Assembly (NCBI GenBank): GCA_031265355.1
Contig: JAISCT010000064.1
Location: 1,254-65,253 of the forward strand
Direction: 5' to 3'
Length of the DNA: 64,000 nt
Origin: Oscillospiraceae bacterium
Lineage (GTDB): Bacteria > Bacillota > Clostridia > Oscillospirales > UBA929
Position numbers and translations under genes: made by a program. Below are positions 15,327 to 25,247 of the stretch, piece by piece; positions within the stretch are counted from its first letter, which is position 1; every line of letters starts with the position of its first letter. Below the pieces are notes generated by a model. That model was not told where the DNA came from, did no database searches, and saw nothing but the letters and a program-made list of their open reading frames with translations.

Positions 15327-18300
15327 CTAATTGAGGCTGATACCCAACGATGCCTCGGCGTCCTGCAGGCGCATCGAGAGGATCTTGGAAACGCCTTCTT
15401 CCTGCGTCGTCACGCCGTAGAGCATATCTGCCGCCTCCATGGTGCCGCGCCGGTGCGTGATGACGACAAACTGGATATCCCCGGCCAACCGCCGCAGATA
15501 CGCCGCGAAACGGGCGACGTTGATATCGTCGAGGTCGTGGTCCACCTCATCGAGTACGCAGAACGGGGCGGGACGCACTTTAAAGATGGAGAAATAGAGC
15601 GCGATGGCCACGAGCGACTTCTCCCCGCCCGAAAGAAGAGAAATGGAGCGCATCTTCTTGCCGGGCGGCTGCGCATGGATCTCCACCCCGCAGAGCAGCG
15701 CGTCTTCCGGATCCTCCAACGAGAGGCGAGCGTCGCCGCCGCCGAAGATCTCGCGGAAAGTCCTTGTGAAGTGCTCACCGATAAGCGCGAACTGTTCGAG
15801 GAAGATCTCCCGCATCCGTCCGGTCAGGTCCCCGATGATTGTCAGAAGGTCGGTTCGGGCCGCCTCCGCATCGTTTCGCTGTTCGGTCAGATATTCGTAA
15901 CGGGTGGACACGCGGTCGTATTCGTCGATGGCGCCGAGGTTGGGGGCCCCCAACGCACGAATCGCGCTTCTCAGCTCGCCCGCCCGGCGGTTGGCCTTGG
16001 CGGTCCCGCCCGGCAGCGGCATACGAAGCGCCACCGCCGCGCTGTGCGTAAGCCCATAGTTGTCCCACAGCCGGTCCATGATGGATTTCTCCTCCGCCTC
16101 ACCCGCCACCTTCTTGGCCTCTAGACGGGAACGTTCTCGCTCCATCTTCATGTTCTCGTCATTTTGCTCCCGGACCTGTTTGTCACATCGCACACGACAC
16201 CCTTCCAGCGCTTGGCGCGCCTCGTACAGACCGGAGATCACCGCGCGCCTCTCCTCCGCACGCGCCAGCAACGCGCGCGCTTCGGCCCGAACAGCGCCGA
16301 TCTCCTCCGTAAGCGTCCGGTTGCGCGCCTCGTAGTCCTCGATGACCGCTCTCTTCTGCGCCTGGCTCCCAAGGAACGCCTGCCGTAGCGACTCGTACTC
16401 CGTCAGCGCCTTTTCGTCGGCGGCGCACTCCGCCGTGTGGGCCGCCGTACAGGCGCGCAGTGTGGCGAGCGTTTCCGTGAGCCGCGCACCTTCCTCCGCG
16501 AGCACGCTCTGCCCGGCGGAAAGCGCGGCGAGCTCCGCCTCCGCGACCGCGGCCCGAGCCGCGCTCTCCTCGGCCGCCCGCTGCCAGTGCTCGGCGGCGG
16601 CGGCTCCGGTGCGCAACCGCTCTGACAGCGCGGCGAGCTCCGCCTCCTGGGCCGTGAGACCCTCCTGCATCTCCGTCAGCCTGGCGCCGCCGTGTGCCCG
16701 CTCGGCGCGTAACGAGAGCGCCTCGTCCTCGGCCACCCGCCGGTCGGCGGCGGCCTTGTCCCGCTCGCGGCGCGCTTCGGACAGCGCCCTGTCGGCCTGC
16801 GCAACTGACTCCGCCAAGCCGGCCAATACCCCATCCAGCCGAGCTTGCTCCGCCGTCAGCCGATCCATCTCGTTCTTGCGTGAGAGCAGCCCGACCGATT
16901 TGCCTACGCTGCCGCCCGTCATCGCCCCGCCGGGGGCGATAACCTGCCCCCCCAGCGTCACAATACGGAAACGGTAGCCTCTCCGCCGGGCCAGCGCAAT
17001 GGCAGCGTCCATATTCTCCACCACCACGGTACGCCCGAGCAGGCTCCGGATGATCTCCCCGTAGGCTTCGTCACAGGTGACCAACGCGGCGGCGACGCCG
17101 ACGAAGCCCGGCTCCGATGCGAGATCCCGCTCCTCCAGCGTCCGGCCCCGTACAGCCGCCAGCGGCAAAAATGTGGCCCGCCCCGCCTCGCGGCGGCGCA
17201 GCAACTCAATGGCCGCCTTGGCGTCCTCTTCCCGCTCCACCACGATATTCTGCAAGGCCGGCCCCAGCGCGATCTCCACCGCGACGGCGCAACGGTCCTC
17301 CGCGCGCAGCAACTCGGAGACCGTGCCCCGAACGCCCGATAGGCGCCCCCGCTCGTGTTCGGCCATCACGGTCTTCACCGCGCGGGAGTGACCCTCATAT
17401 TCCCGTTCCATCTCGCGTAGCAGGTGCAGCCGGGACTCCACCCGGCCTCGTTCCACCGCGCACGCCTCCTGGGAGGCCCGGAGCGTCTCAATCTGTGTCT
17501 GCTTCGCGTCCGCCCGCAGCGTGTGTCCGTTCAACACATTTTGCAGCGCGGTGAGATACGCGTTCGAGTCCGCCAGTCTCGCATCCAGCGCGACCAGCGC
17601 CACGCCGGCCTCCTCGCAGACCCGAGCGCGCGCGGCAATGTCCTCACACATCGCTTCCCGCTGACGCGTCAGCTCGTCCGCCGACGCCGCCTGAGAGGAG
17701 ATGGCGGCGCGGGCTTCCCCCGCGGCCTCCCGCGCGGCGCTCTCCTCAATGCGCAGCGCGTCGAGCCTAGCAAGACCCGCATCCGTCCGCGCGCCGAGCG
17801 CCTCGGATTCCTCTGCGAGCGCCGCGATATCCGCCTCCAAAGACACCAGCGCAGCCTCCGTCATGCGCAGATGGGCCCGCCGTTCCTCGATCTGGGCCGT
17901 CAGCCCGCCATCGTGCGCCGCCTCGCGGGTCTGCTCGTCGCGCAGGCGGGCGATGTTCTCCTCGTTGTTCTGCCGCGTGGTTTGCAGCACCGCGGCAGTA
18001 CTTTCCTTCTCGGCAGCGGCGCTTTCCACGGCGCTCAGGTCGGCGCGCGCGGCCTCGATGTCCACTTGATTCTGCCGCTCCTCGGCGCCGATTCGATCTA
18101 GTTCGGCATACAGCGCATCCAGCGCCGCCTGCCCGGCTGCAAGCTGGGCGGTGGCCGCCTCGTAGTCGTCGCGCACCGCACCGTAGCTGTCGCGCAACTT
18201 GTCCAGCGCGCCCAGCCACAGCGCGATTTCTAGTCCGCGCAGCTCGTCGCGCATGTGCAGGTACTGCCGGGCCTTCTCTGCCTGTTCCCGCAACGGACCG

Positions 18301-18908
18301 ATCTGGAGTTCCAACTCCTCGATCTTATCGCCGATGCGGGTCAGGTTTTCTTCGGCCAACACGAGTTTGCGCTCCGCCTCCTCCTTGCGGTGACGATAAC
18401 GCGAGATACCGGAGGCCTCCTCAAACACGCGGCGGCGCTCGCCGCTCTTCTCGGAGAGGATCTCCCCGATCCGCCCCTGCCCAATCAGCGAATACCCGTC
18501 GCGGCCCAGCCCCGTATCCATGAACAGCTCCAATATGTCTTTCAAGCGTACGCCGGCGCGGTTGATAAAAAACTCGCTCTCTCCGGAGCGGTAGAGCCGC
18601 CGCGTCACCTGCACCTCATGCTGTTCCAGCGGAAAAAGCCCGCCGCTGTTGTCCAGCAGCAGGCTCACCTCGGCAAACCCGACCGGCCCGCGCTGCGCCG
18701 TGCCATGAAAGATGAGTTCCTCCATCTTTTTCTCACAACGCAACGCACGCGGGCTCTGCTCTCCGAGCACCCAGCGCACAGCCTCCGCGATGTTGCTTTT
18801 CCCGCTGCCGTTGGGCCCAACCACAGCCGTCACGCCGTTGTCAAATGTCAGTGTCGTCTTATCGGGGAAGGACTTAAACCCCTGCATGTCAAAGGACTTC
18901 AAATACAC
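15327..18908 (-). CDS. smc: Chromosome partition protein Smc
   Basis: Walker A GPNGSGKSN, long coiled coils, a hinge, and C-terminal LSGGEK and Walker B. The GTG at 18908 (VYLKSFDMQGFKSF) follows RBS GAGGTG. Confidence 0.95.
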   Translation of the reverse strand: MYLKSFDMQGFKSFPDKTTLTFDNGVTAVVGPNGSGKSNIAEAVRWVLGEQSPRALRCEKKMEELIFHGTAQRGPVGFAEVSLLLDNSGGLFPLEQHEVQVTRRLYRSGESEFFINRAGVRLKDILELFMDTGLGRDGYSLIGQGRIGEILSEKSGERRRVFEEASGISRYRHRKEEAERKLVLAEENLTRIGDKIEELELQIGPLREQAEKARQYLHMRDELRGLEIALWLGALDKLRDSYGAVRDDYEAATAQLAAGQAALDALYAELDRIGAEERQNQVDIEAARADLSAVESAAAEKESTAAVLQTTRQNNEENIARLRDEQTREAAHDGGLTAQIEERRAHLRMTEAALVSLEADIAALAEESEALGARTDAGLARLDALRIEESAAREAAGEARAAISSQAASADELTRQREAMCEDIAARARVCEEAGVALVALDARLADSNAYLTALQNVLNGHTLRADAKQTQIETLRASQEACAVERGRVESRLHLLREMEREYEGHSRAVKTVMAEHERGRLSGVRGTVSELLRAEDRCAVAVEIALGPALQNIVVEREEDAKAAIELLRRREAGRATFLPLAAVRGRTLEERDLASEPGFVGVAAALVTCDEAYGEIIRSLLGRTVVVENMDAAIALARRRGYRFRIVTLGGQVIAPGGAMTGGSVGKSVGLLSRKNEMDRLTAEQARLDGVLAGLAESVAQADRALSEARRERDKAAADRRVAEDEALSLRAERAHGGARLTEMQEGLTAQEAELAALSERLRTGAAAAEHWQRAAEESAARAAVAEAELAALSAGQSVLAEEGARLTETLATLRACTAAHTAECAADEKALTEYESLRQAFLGSQAQKRAVIEDYEARNRTLTEEIGAVRAEARALLARAEERRAVISGLYEARQALEGCRVRCDKQVREQNDENMKMERERSRLEAKKVAGEAEEKSIMDRLWDNYGLTHSAAVALRMPLPGGTAKANRRAGELRSAIRALGAPNLGAIDEYDRVSTRYEYLTEQRNDAEAARTDLLTIIGDLTGRMREIFLEQFALIGEHFTRTFREIFGGGDARLSLEDPEDALLCGVEIHAQPPGKKMRSISLLSGGEKSLVAIALYFSIFKVRPAPFCVLDEVDHDLDDINVARFAAYLRRLAGDIQFVVITHRRGTMEAADMLYGVTTQEEGVSKILSMRLQDAEASLGISLN

Positions 18909-19152
18909 GCCATGCACCTCGGTATCTCTTCGATATCTTTATCCTACCAATGATCAGGACAGATTGCAAGCAAAGTTTCTGAGGCGCGGCGTTTTGATGT
19001 CCAATAATTGTAAATTACACATGATATACCCTCATCTATCACCCATCAGTTGTCACTTTGTATGGCACACGATCATACAATGGTTCAGGTGTCAGAAGCG
19101 CGTCTGGCGCCGCTCCCGGCCGGGAAATCCATTTTGATGCGGAGGTGTCCAG

Positions 19153-19704
19153 ATGATTGATTTAAGCAAAACCTACCGATGCAAATACTGCAATGCGGAA
19201 ATCCGCCCATGCGATGAAACCGGCGGCCGCTCCTGCGCCAGCGCACCTACGGGCCCCAGAGGGCCGCAAGGACCGCCCGGCTGTCCCGGACCGAAGGGTG
19301 ACCCGGGCGATCCGGGGCCGCAGGGACCCGCTGGACCGCAAGGCATACGAGGCGATACCGGGCCCCAAGGGGATCCCGGCTCCCCCGGGCCGATGGGTCC
19401 GAGCGGATCCCGCGGGGCCGTCGGTCCGCGAGGCGACCCTGGCCTGCAGGGCCCCACGGGTGCGGGAGGTGCGTCAGGGCCGGTAGGACCGGTAGGGCCG
19501 GCTGGGCCGGCTGGAGCGGTGGGACTAATAGGACCGGTAGGGCCGGCGGGCCCGACTGGAGCAGTGGGACCGATAGGTCCGGCGGGAGCGGCTGGAGCGG
19601 TGGGACCGATAGGTCCCGCAGGGCCGGCAGGGCCTGCGGGACCAGCGGGGCCGGCAGGCCCTCCGGGACCAGCGGGACCGGCAGGACCGCCGGGACCGCC
19701 GTGA
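19153..19704 (+). CDS. Collagen-like triple-helix repeat protein (BclA-like), apparently truncated
   Basis: RBS GGAGGTG, a Cys-rich 33-aa N-terminus, then ~150 aa of uninterrupted G-X-Y repeats that end directly in TGA. Confidence 0.75.
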   Translation: MIDLSKTYRCKYCNAEIRPCDETGGRSCASAPTGPRGPQGPPGCPGPKGDPGDPGPQGPAGPQGIRGDTGPQGDPGSPGPMGPSGSRGAVGPRGDPGLQGPTGAGGASGPVGPVGPAGPAGAVGLIGPVGPAGPTGAVGPIGPAGAAGAVGPIGPAGPAGPAGPAGPAGPPGPAGPAGPPGPP

Positions 19705-19864
19705 CCGGTGTCCCCGGGTCGGAATCGACTTCCGACAGACCTTCGACGTGACCCTGAAAATGAGAACGCAAACACGTACGTACATCGAGGCCCGCATCGT
19801 CAGCGGCGCGGTCACGCTCACCGCGGACGCCAGCGTCTTTCTGGGCCGTATCCGCGTCCACTGA
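19703..19864 (+). other. +1-frame open tail following the collagen-like ORF (possible displaced C-terminal domain)
   Basis: Frame +1 is open from ~19612. It reads ...[47 protein letters not shown] and stops at 19862-19864, 21 nt before the terminator stem. Confidence 0.45.
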
Positions 19865-19885
19865 AGACCTCCCTTTCACTTAAAA

Positions 19886-19916
19886 GGATGCCCCAAGCCA
19901 GGGCATCCTTTTTTCT
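19886..19916 (+). terminator. Intrinsic terminator
   Basis: GGATGCCC-CAAGCCA-GGGCATCC followed by TTTTTT. Confidence 0.85.
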
Positions 19917-19941
19917 CTTTTTCGGCATTTCCATGATTCTC

Positions 19942-19970
19942 TTGCCATGTGGCCCGACGGATGGTATAAT
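19942..19970 (+). promoter_or_regulatory. Sigma-70-type promoter for ecfA-ecfT-truA
   Basis: TTGCCA (19942-19947), 17-nt spacer, TATAAT (19965-19970). Confidence 0.55.
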
Positions 19971-20033
19971 ACTGTATTGATTTAAATGCCGGATCCATCC
20001 GGGGCACCGGGGTCTTGGGGGGAGGTTCTCGAT

Positions 20034-20900
20034 TTGACGCCCATCCTCAAAACGGAGCAGCTCTCCTATGTCTACGGCGCCGGTACTCCCTTCGAGCATC
20101 GGGCGGTCGACCGCATCGATCTCGAAGTGGCGCCGGGCGAGTTTCTGGGTATCATCGGGCACACCGGCTCTGGCAAATCCACGCTGATCCAGCATCTAAA
20201 CGGGCTGTTGCGACCCACCGAGGGGCGCGTATTCTTTGAGGACCGCGATCTCTGGCGTGACCCAAAGCAAATCCGTCAGACGCGGTTTCGCGTGGGGCTC
20301 GTGTTCCAATATCCCGAGTACCAGCTCTTTGAGGAGACAGTGGCGCGTGACATCGCCTTCGGACCGCGCAACATGGGTCTTGCCGAGGAGGATGTCGCCC
20401 GGCGGGTACAGGCAGCCATGCAACTCGTCGGGTTGGCGCCGGAGACCGCGGACAAGTCCCCGTTCGATCTCTCGGGCGGGCAGAAGCGGCGGGTCGCCAT
20501 TGCTGGCGTCATGGCCATGGAGCCCGACGTGCTCATCTTGGACGAACCTACCGCCGGTCTTGACCCGCGTGGCCGCGAGGACATCCTGGGTCATATCCGC
20601 ACCTACCACACCGAACACGGGTCCGCCGTCATTCTCGTCAGTCACAGCATGGAGGAGATCGCCCGCTCGGTACAGCGTATCGTCGTGCTGAGCCACGCCC
20701 GCGTGGTCATGGACGGCACGCCCCACGAGGTGTTTTCCCGGGCGGACGAACTCGAACAGACCGGACTTTCCGTTCCGGCAGTGACACAGGTCATGCGGCG
20801 GCTGCGCGCGCTGGGTCTAGACATTGACCCCGCCGCGTACACAGTCCGGCAGGCGGCCTCGGAGCTCGCACCCCTCATAAGGAGGGTGCGCCTATGCTGA
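20034..20900 (+). CDS. ecfA: Energy-coupling factor transporter ATPase (EcfA2-like)
   Basis: Walker A GHTGSGKST, signature LSGGQKRR and Walker B ILILDEPT. TTG 20034 lies 8 nt after GGGGGGAGG. Confidence 0.85.
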   Translation: MTPILKTEQLSYVYGAGTPFEHRAVDRIDLEVAPGEFLGIIGHTGSGKSTLIQHLNGLLRPTEGRVFFEDRDLWRDPKQIRQTRFRVGLVFQYPEYQLFEETVARDIAFGPRNMGLAEEDVARRVQAAMQLVGLAPETADKSPFDLSGGQKRRVAIAGVMAMEPDVLILDEPTAGLDPRGREDILGHIRTYHTEHGSAVILVSHSMEEIARSVQRIVVLSHARVVMDGTPHEVFSRADELEQTGLSVPAVTQVMRRLRALGLDIDPAAYTVRQAASELAPLIRRVRLC

Positions 20901-21697
20901 AAGACATCACACTGGGGCAGTTCTTCCCCGGACATTCGCTCCTCCATCGGCTCGACCCGCGCGTCAAGCTTGTACTCACCGCCGCTTATATTGTGGCGCT
21001 CTTTATGGCCCACGGCGTGTTCACATACGTCGTCATGGTCCTCTGGCTCGCCGCCGCCGTCCGGCTCTCCCGCCTGCATGTCCGGGTCCTTGTCAAGGGC
21101 ATCCGGCCTCTGGTTTTCATCATCGCCTTGACGGCTCTGCTCAATATCTTCTACACCGACGGCACCGTGTTCCTGTCATTTTGGATTTTTCGCATCACTC
21201 TTGAGGGTCTGGTCACCGCTGGACGGATGATCCTGCGGATTATCATGCTCATCATGGGAACCTTCCTGCTCACCTACACAACCTCTCCCATCCGGCTCAC
21301 CGACGCGCTTGAGTGCCTGCTCGGTCCGCTCAAAAAACTGCGCGCGCCGATCCATGAGCTGGCCACGATGATGACCATCGCGCTGCGCTTCATCCCGACG
21401 CTGCTGGAAGAAACTGACAAGATTATGAACGCCCAGCGCGCCCGGGGAGCCGATTTCGACTCGGGCCATGTGGTCCGGCGCGCCCGCGCCCTGGTGCCGT
21501 TGCTGGTGCCGCTGTTTGTCTCCGCGTTCCGCCGGGCGGAGGACCTGGCCGTGGCCATGGAATGTCGCTGCTACCACGGCGGCGCGGGCCGCACACGCAT
21601 GTACCCGTTGCACATGACGGCGCTGGACGGGGGCATTCTCGTCGCTCTGCTGACGGTCTCCGCCGGCGTGGGCGTCATGAGTCGTCTCGGATATTGA
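20894..21697 (+). CDS. ecfT: Energy-coupling factor transporter transmembrane protein EcfT
   Basis: Polytopic protein whose start overlaps the ecfA stop. Has the conserved ARGxD-type coupling region (AQRARGADF). Confidence 0.85.
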   Translation: MLKDITLGQFFPGHSLLHRLDPRVKLVLTAAYIVALFMAHGVFTYVVMVLWLAAAVRLSRLHVRVLVKGIRPLVFIIALTALLNIFYTDGTVFLSFWIFRITLEGLVTAGRMILRIIMLIMGTFLLTYTTSPIRLTDALECLLGPLKKLRAPIHELATMMTIALRFIPTLLEETDKIMNAQRARGADFDSGHVVRRARALVPLLVPLFVSAFRRAEDLAVAMECRCYHGGAGRTRMYPLHMTALDGGILVALLTVSAGVGVMSRLGY

Positions 21698-21754
21698 CGT
21701 GTGAAGTAAACATTATCAGAGGTTGATGATACACCGCCGGAGGGGCTGCTCACA

Positions 21755-22549
21755 TTGGATACACCCCGTAATATCGCGCTGCTGCTCTCCTACGACGGGT
21801 CGGCCTACCACGGCTGGCAGATCCAAAAAAACGCCGTGACGGTGGCCGCTGTTCTCTCCGGCGCCCTGCAAAGGGTCACCGGACGCCCGGTGACCCTCTA
21901 TGGTTGCGGGCGTACCGACGCAGGTGTGCACGCCCGCCATTACGTGGCAAACTTCGTCTCCGCCACACGCATTCCGACCGAGCGGCTGCCTTACGCGGTG
22001 AACACCCACCTGCCAGACGACATCTCCGTCTTCGCGGCCGCCGACGTGCCGGCCGACTTTCACGCCATCAACTCCTGTGTGCGCAAGGAATACACATACT
22101 GCCTCTATACGGCGCGCCACCCGGACCCGCTGCGCCGCCGGCGCGCACTTTTCTGGCCGTACCCGCTCGACGCGGACGCGTTGCGGCGCGCGGCGGGCGA
22201 TTTCATTGGCACGCACGACTTCGCCGCGTTCCGGTCGGTAGGCACGCCGGTACAATCCACCGTACGTACCGTGTTCTCCTGCAATATCTCCGCCCGGGGT
22301 CGGACGCTCCAGATCGCCGTCTCGGCCGACGGGTTTTTATACAACATGGTGCGGGCCATCGTGGGTACGCTGCTGTATGTAGGGGAAGGAAAGATCGCCC
22401 CCGGCGCGATCCCCGCCCTGTTGCGCGCTGGGGACCGGGCGCGCGCCGGTCCCACCGCACCGCCGCACGGCCTGTATATGACAGGCGTCTGGTACGATAC
22501 GGCGTTGCCGTGGCCCGCCGCGGCCCGTCGCGACCCGGACTGTCTCTGA
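21755..22549 (+). CDS. truA: tRNA pseudouridine(38-40) synthase TruA
   Basis: LLLSYDGSAYHGWQIQ and the catalytic GRTDAGVHA motif. Confidence 0.9.
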   Translation: MDTPRNIALLLSYDGSAYHGWQIQKNAVTVAAVLSGALQRVTGRPVTLYGCGRTDAGVHARHYVANFVSATRIPTERLPYAVNTHLPDDISVFAAADVPADFHAINSCVRKEYTYCLYTARHPDPLRRRRALFWPYPLDADALRRAAGDFIGTHDFAAFRSVGTPVQSTVRTVFSCNISARGRTLQIAVSADGFLYNMVRAIVGTLLYVGEGKIAPGAIPALLRAGDRARAGPTAPPHGLYMTGVWYDTALPWPAAARRDPDCL

Positions 22550-22624
22550 CCGCGCCTCCTCCCGTGGAGCGCCGTCCGTCACCGCCTTGGCCGCGCCGCC
22601 GGGAGGAGTGAGGGGGGATTTGCC

Positions 22625-23827
22625 TTGAATGATTCGGAGAGAGACGCCGCGTCGGAGATTCGTCCGGCCCGGTCCGCACGCAAACCGGCCCGGCGGGTGA
22701 GTTCTACGCGCGTGGCGGTGTATGCATTGCTCTTTTTCGCCGTCCTCGTTTTCATCATTGGTTTTGTCACTTACCGCGATCAGCTCACGGCCGACACCTT
22801 CGCGGGGCTTTTTTCGCAGCTGCGCGCCGCCTTCGGCGGGGAATCGGAGGAAACGTCTGACACCTTCGTGTACGACGACTACATGCTAACCCGCTTCGCT
22901 GTCTTTCAAAAGGGGCTTGCGCTCCTGTCGGACAGCCGGCTGGTCCTGTACGGCCCGTCCGGACGGCAGACATACGCAACCGACTGTTTTCTCAAGGAGC
23001 CGGCGCTGGCGGTCTCGGACCGCACGGTTCTGGCCTACGACCGCGGCGGCACCTCTCTGCTTTGGGCCGACGCACACACCACCCTCTCCACGCGCACCTG
23101 GCCGGACATTCTCTTTCACGCCTCAATGAACCCACGGGGCGACACCGTCGTCGTCAGCAGGGAGCGCGGTTCCGCGTCTGTTGTGACGGTGCTGAGCACG
23201 CGCTTCGACGAGGAGTTCAAGTGGTATTCTTCCGACCTCTACGTACTAGACGCCGTGCTCTCCCCCGCCGGCAAACGACTCTGCGTCGTCTCGGCCGGGC
23301 AGGAGGGGGGCGTGTTTCTTGGTCGCATACTGCTGTTTGACACCGGTTCGGACGAACCTCTTCTCCGACTCGACCTACCGGACGTCTTGCCGCTCGCCGT
23401 ATACGCGCTGGCGTCCGATCTGTTCTGCGTAGTCACCGAGAACGAGCTTTTGTTTTACAGCGGCGACGGCGTGGCAAGCGGATCCTATGCCTTCGGTGCC
23501 CGCAGCCTGCTGGCGTTCGACGCCGGAGATGATTTCATAGTGGTCTGTCTGGGGGACGCCGACCGCGTCGGCGGACGGCCGGAGCTCCTCTCGGTGTCGG
23601 CGGACGGCCCCCGGGCCTCCGTGTTCTTCGACGGGACACCGGACGCCCTGTCGGCGACGGGCCGCTTCGTCGGCCTCCTCTCGGCGGGCACAGCCCATGT
23701 CTACGACGCGGACTTAAAATCCACCGGCCCGGCGCTGACCGACGAGACAGCGCGATATCTTTTGATGCGCGCCGACGGAAGCGCGTTGCTGCTGGCCCAA
23801 AACGGCGCCCGTGTGTACCGGCCCTGA
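22625..23827 (+). CDS. Membrane-anchored hypothetical protein (beta-rich ectodomain; resembles the clostridial DUF5711 family)
   Basis: 400-aa ORF with a single N-terminal TM helix (VAVYALLFFAVLVFIIGFV). No catalytic motif was recognised, and the family call is from memory only. Confidence 0.45.
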   Translation: MNDSERDAASEIRPARSARKPARRVSSTRVAVYALLFFAVLVFIIGFVTYRDQLTADTFAGLFSQLRAAFGGESEETSDTFVYDDYMLTRFAVFQKGLALLSDSRLVLYGPSGRQTYATDCFLKEPALAVSDRTVLAYDRGGTSLLWADAHTTLSTRTWPDILFHASMNPRGDTVVVSRERGSASVVTVLSTRFDEEFKWYSSDLYVLDAVLSPAGKRLCVVSAGQEGGVFLGRILLFDTGSDEPLLRLDLPDVLPLAVYALASDLFCVVTENELLFYSGDGVASGSYAFGARSLLAFDAGDDFIVVCLGDADRVGGRPELLSVSADGPRASVFFDGTPDALSATGRFVGLLSAGTAHVYDADLKSTGPALTDETARYLLMRADGSALLLAQNGARVYRP

Positions 23828-23866
23828 GCCCTACTTCCGGGTGTCCGCGAATTCTAGAGAGAGCAG

Positions 23867-24559
23867 GTGACTGCATTGACCCCAGTTGTGCTGGATCTGT
23901 TGATTTTACTTATTCTGGCTTTCTGCGTTTGGCAAGGTTACCGCAAAGGACTCATTTTGTCGTTGTCCGGATTCTTGATTTTGATCATCGCCCTATGGGG
24001 TGCCTCCTTCCTCTCCGATCGCTTTGTGGACTCGGTCACGGAACGAATCCATCCTCTCCTCGACTGGGTGACGGACGACGCCACAGAGGAAGCCGCCCGG
24101 TCCGAGGTCAGCGACAAAGACCCCGAGGCGCACTCGCTCTCCGTCGCCCGGAAGACGTTTTCCTTGCTCGGTGTCTCGGACAAGGAGGTGGATATCCTCG
24201 CCGACAAAGTGCTCGCCTTTATGGATGACGCCGGCGTGTCCGTCCGCGCAGGCATCTCGGCTGTCTTCATTCGCACGCTGACGTGGGTGATCCTATTCCT
24301 CTTCTTCCTCGCGATCATCGCGTTGCTGCTCACCTTGCTCACACACTTCATCGGCATGATGTTCGACCTGCCAGGTCTCAAGATGCTCGACACGGTGGGC
24401 GGCCTTGCCGCCGGATTTGCGCACGGCTGCCTGATCCTGTTTGCTATCGGATGGGGGCTGCGTTTTCTGGGTATATTGATCCCGGCCGAGTTGATCGGCG
24501 AGACGGTGTTCACGCGCTTTTTCGTACAGACAAACCCACTCGCCCTCTTTCTCTCATAA
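23867..24559 (+). CDS. cvpA: CvpA family membrane protein
   Basis: N-terminus LDLLILLILAFCVWQGYRKGLI is typical of CvpA. About 4 TM helices. GTG start. Confidence 0.65.
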   Translation: MTALTPVVLDLLILLILAFCVWQGYRKGLILSLSGFLILIIALWGASFLSDRFVDSVTERIHPLLDWVTDDATEEAARSEVSDKDPEAHSLSVARKTFSLLGVSDKEVDILADKVLAFMDDAGVSVRAGISAVFIRTLTWVILFLFFLAIIALLLTLLTHFIGMMFDLPGLKMLDTVGGLAAGFAHGCLILFAIGWGLRFLGILIPAELIGETVFTRFFVQTNPLALFLS

Positions 24560-24658
24560 CAGAGCGCAAAACCGGCCGTCGCGGCCGGAAAATTTCGCCC
24601 CGCCGCTGGGCGCGGGCACAAGTTCTTTCGATTGTATCATATGGGGGCTGATGCTGAC

Positions 24659-25198
24659 GTGAACCTTCCAAATTCGCTCTCCTTGGTGCGCCTGGCCTTG
24701 GTCCCCGTCTTTCCTCTCGTCTATTTCTCCACACTCCCAAGCGCCCATCTGTGGGCAGCCGGCGTCTACGCGCTGGCCTCGGCCACCGACGTGCTGGACG
24801 GCATCCTGGCCAGACGTCTCCATATGATCACCCGGCTTGGCCGTGTGATTGACCCGATGGCCGATAAGTTGATGGCCGCCATGGTCGTCTTTTGCATCGC
24901 TCTTGACAATCCGATTGTGTGGTGGGCCGCCGGCGTGTTCTTCCTCAAAGAGCTCCTGATGGGCGCCGGCGCCATCTTGCAATATAAGAAGATCAACGAC
25001 GTGCCTCCGTCAGAAGGATTTGGGAAATTTTCCGCCGTGCTGTTTTTTGTCGTCTGTTTGATCATCCTTGTCTTTGGTGCCGCGTTGACTCCGACGATAC
25101 AGCTGATCCTCATCTCGGCGGCCACCGCCTGTTCCGTCCTCGCACTCCTCTTCTATCTGCGTCGGTTCATTGTACTGACTCGGTCGAAGAAGCACTGA
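24659..25198 (+). CDS. pgsA: CDP-alcohol phosphatidyltransferase (PgsA-like)
   Basis: Motif DVLDGILARRLHMITRLGRVIDPMADK matches D-G-x2-A-R-x8-G-x3-D-x3-D. GTG 24659 (VNLPNSLSLVRL) is the likely start; the track start is 24632. Confidence 0.8.
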   Translation: MNLPNSLSLVRLALVPVFPLVYFSTLPSAHLWAAGVYALASATDVLDGILARRLHMITRLGRVIDPMADKLMAAMVVFCIALDNPIVWWAAGVFFLKELLMGAGAILQYKKINDVPPSEGFGKFSAVLFFVVCLIILVFGAALTPTIQLILISAATACSVLALLFYLRRFIVLTRSKKH

Positions 25199-25247
25199 TG
25201 GGCATCCTGTCAGATCACCCCTTCTTGGAACCAAAGGAGACTTCTAT

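Noticed and set aside
19173-19879. Minus-strand ORFs (200, 210 and 98 aa) and the plus-strand ORF 19193..19486 over the collagen repeat
   Set aside because: GXY-coding repeats (GGN CCN ...) are open in most frames. Only the 19153 frame has an RBS and a start codon and yields regular Gly-X-Y.
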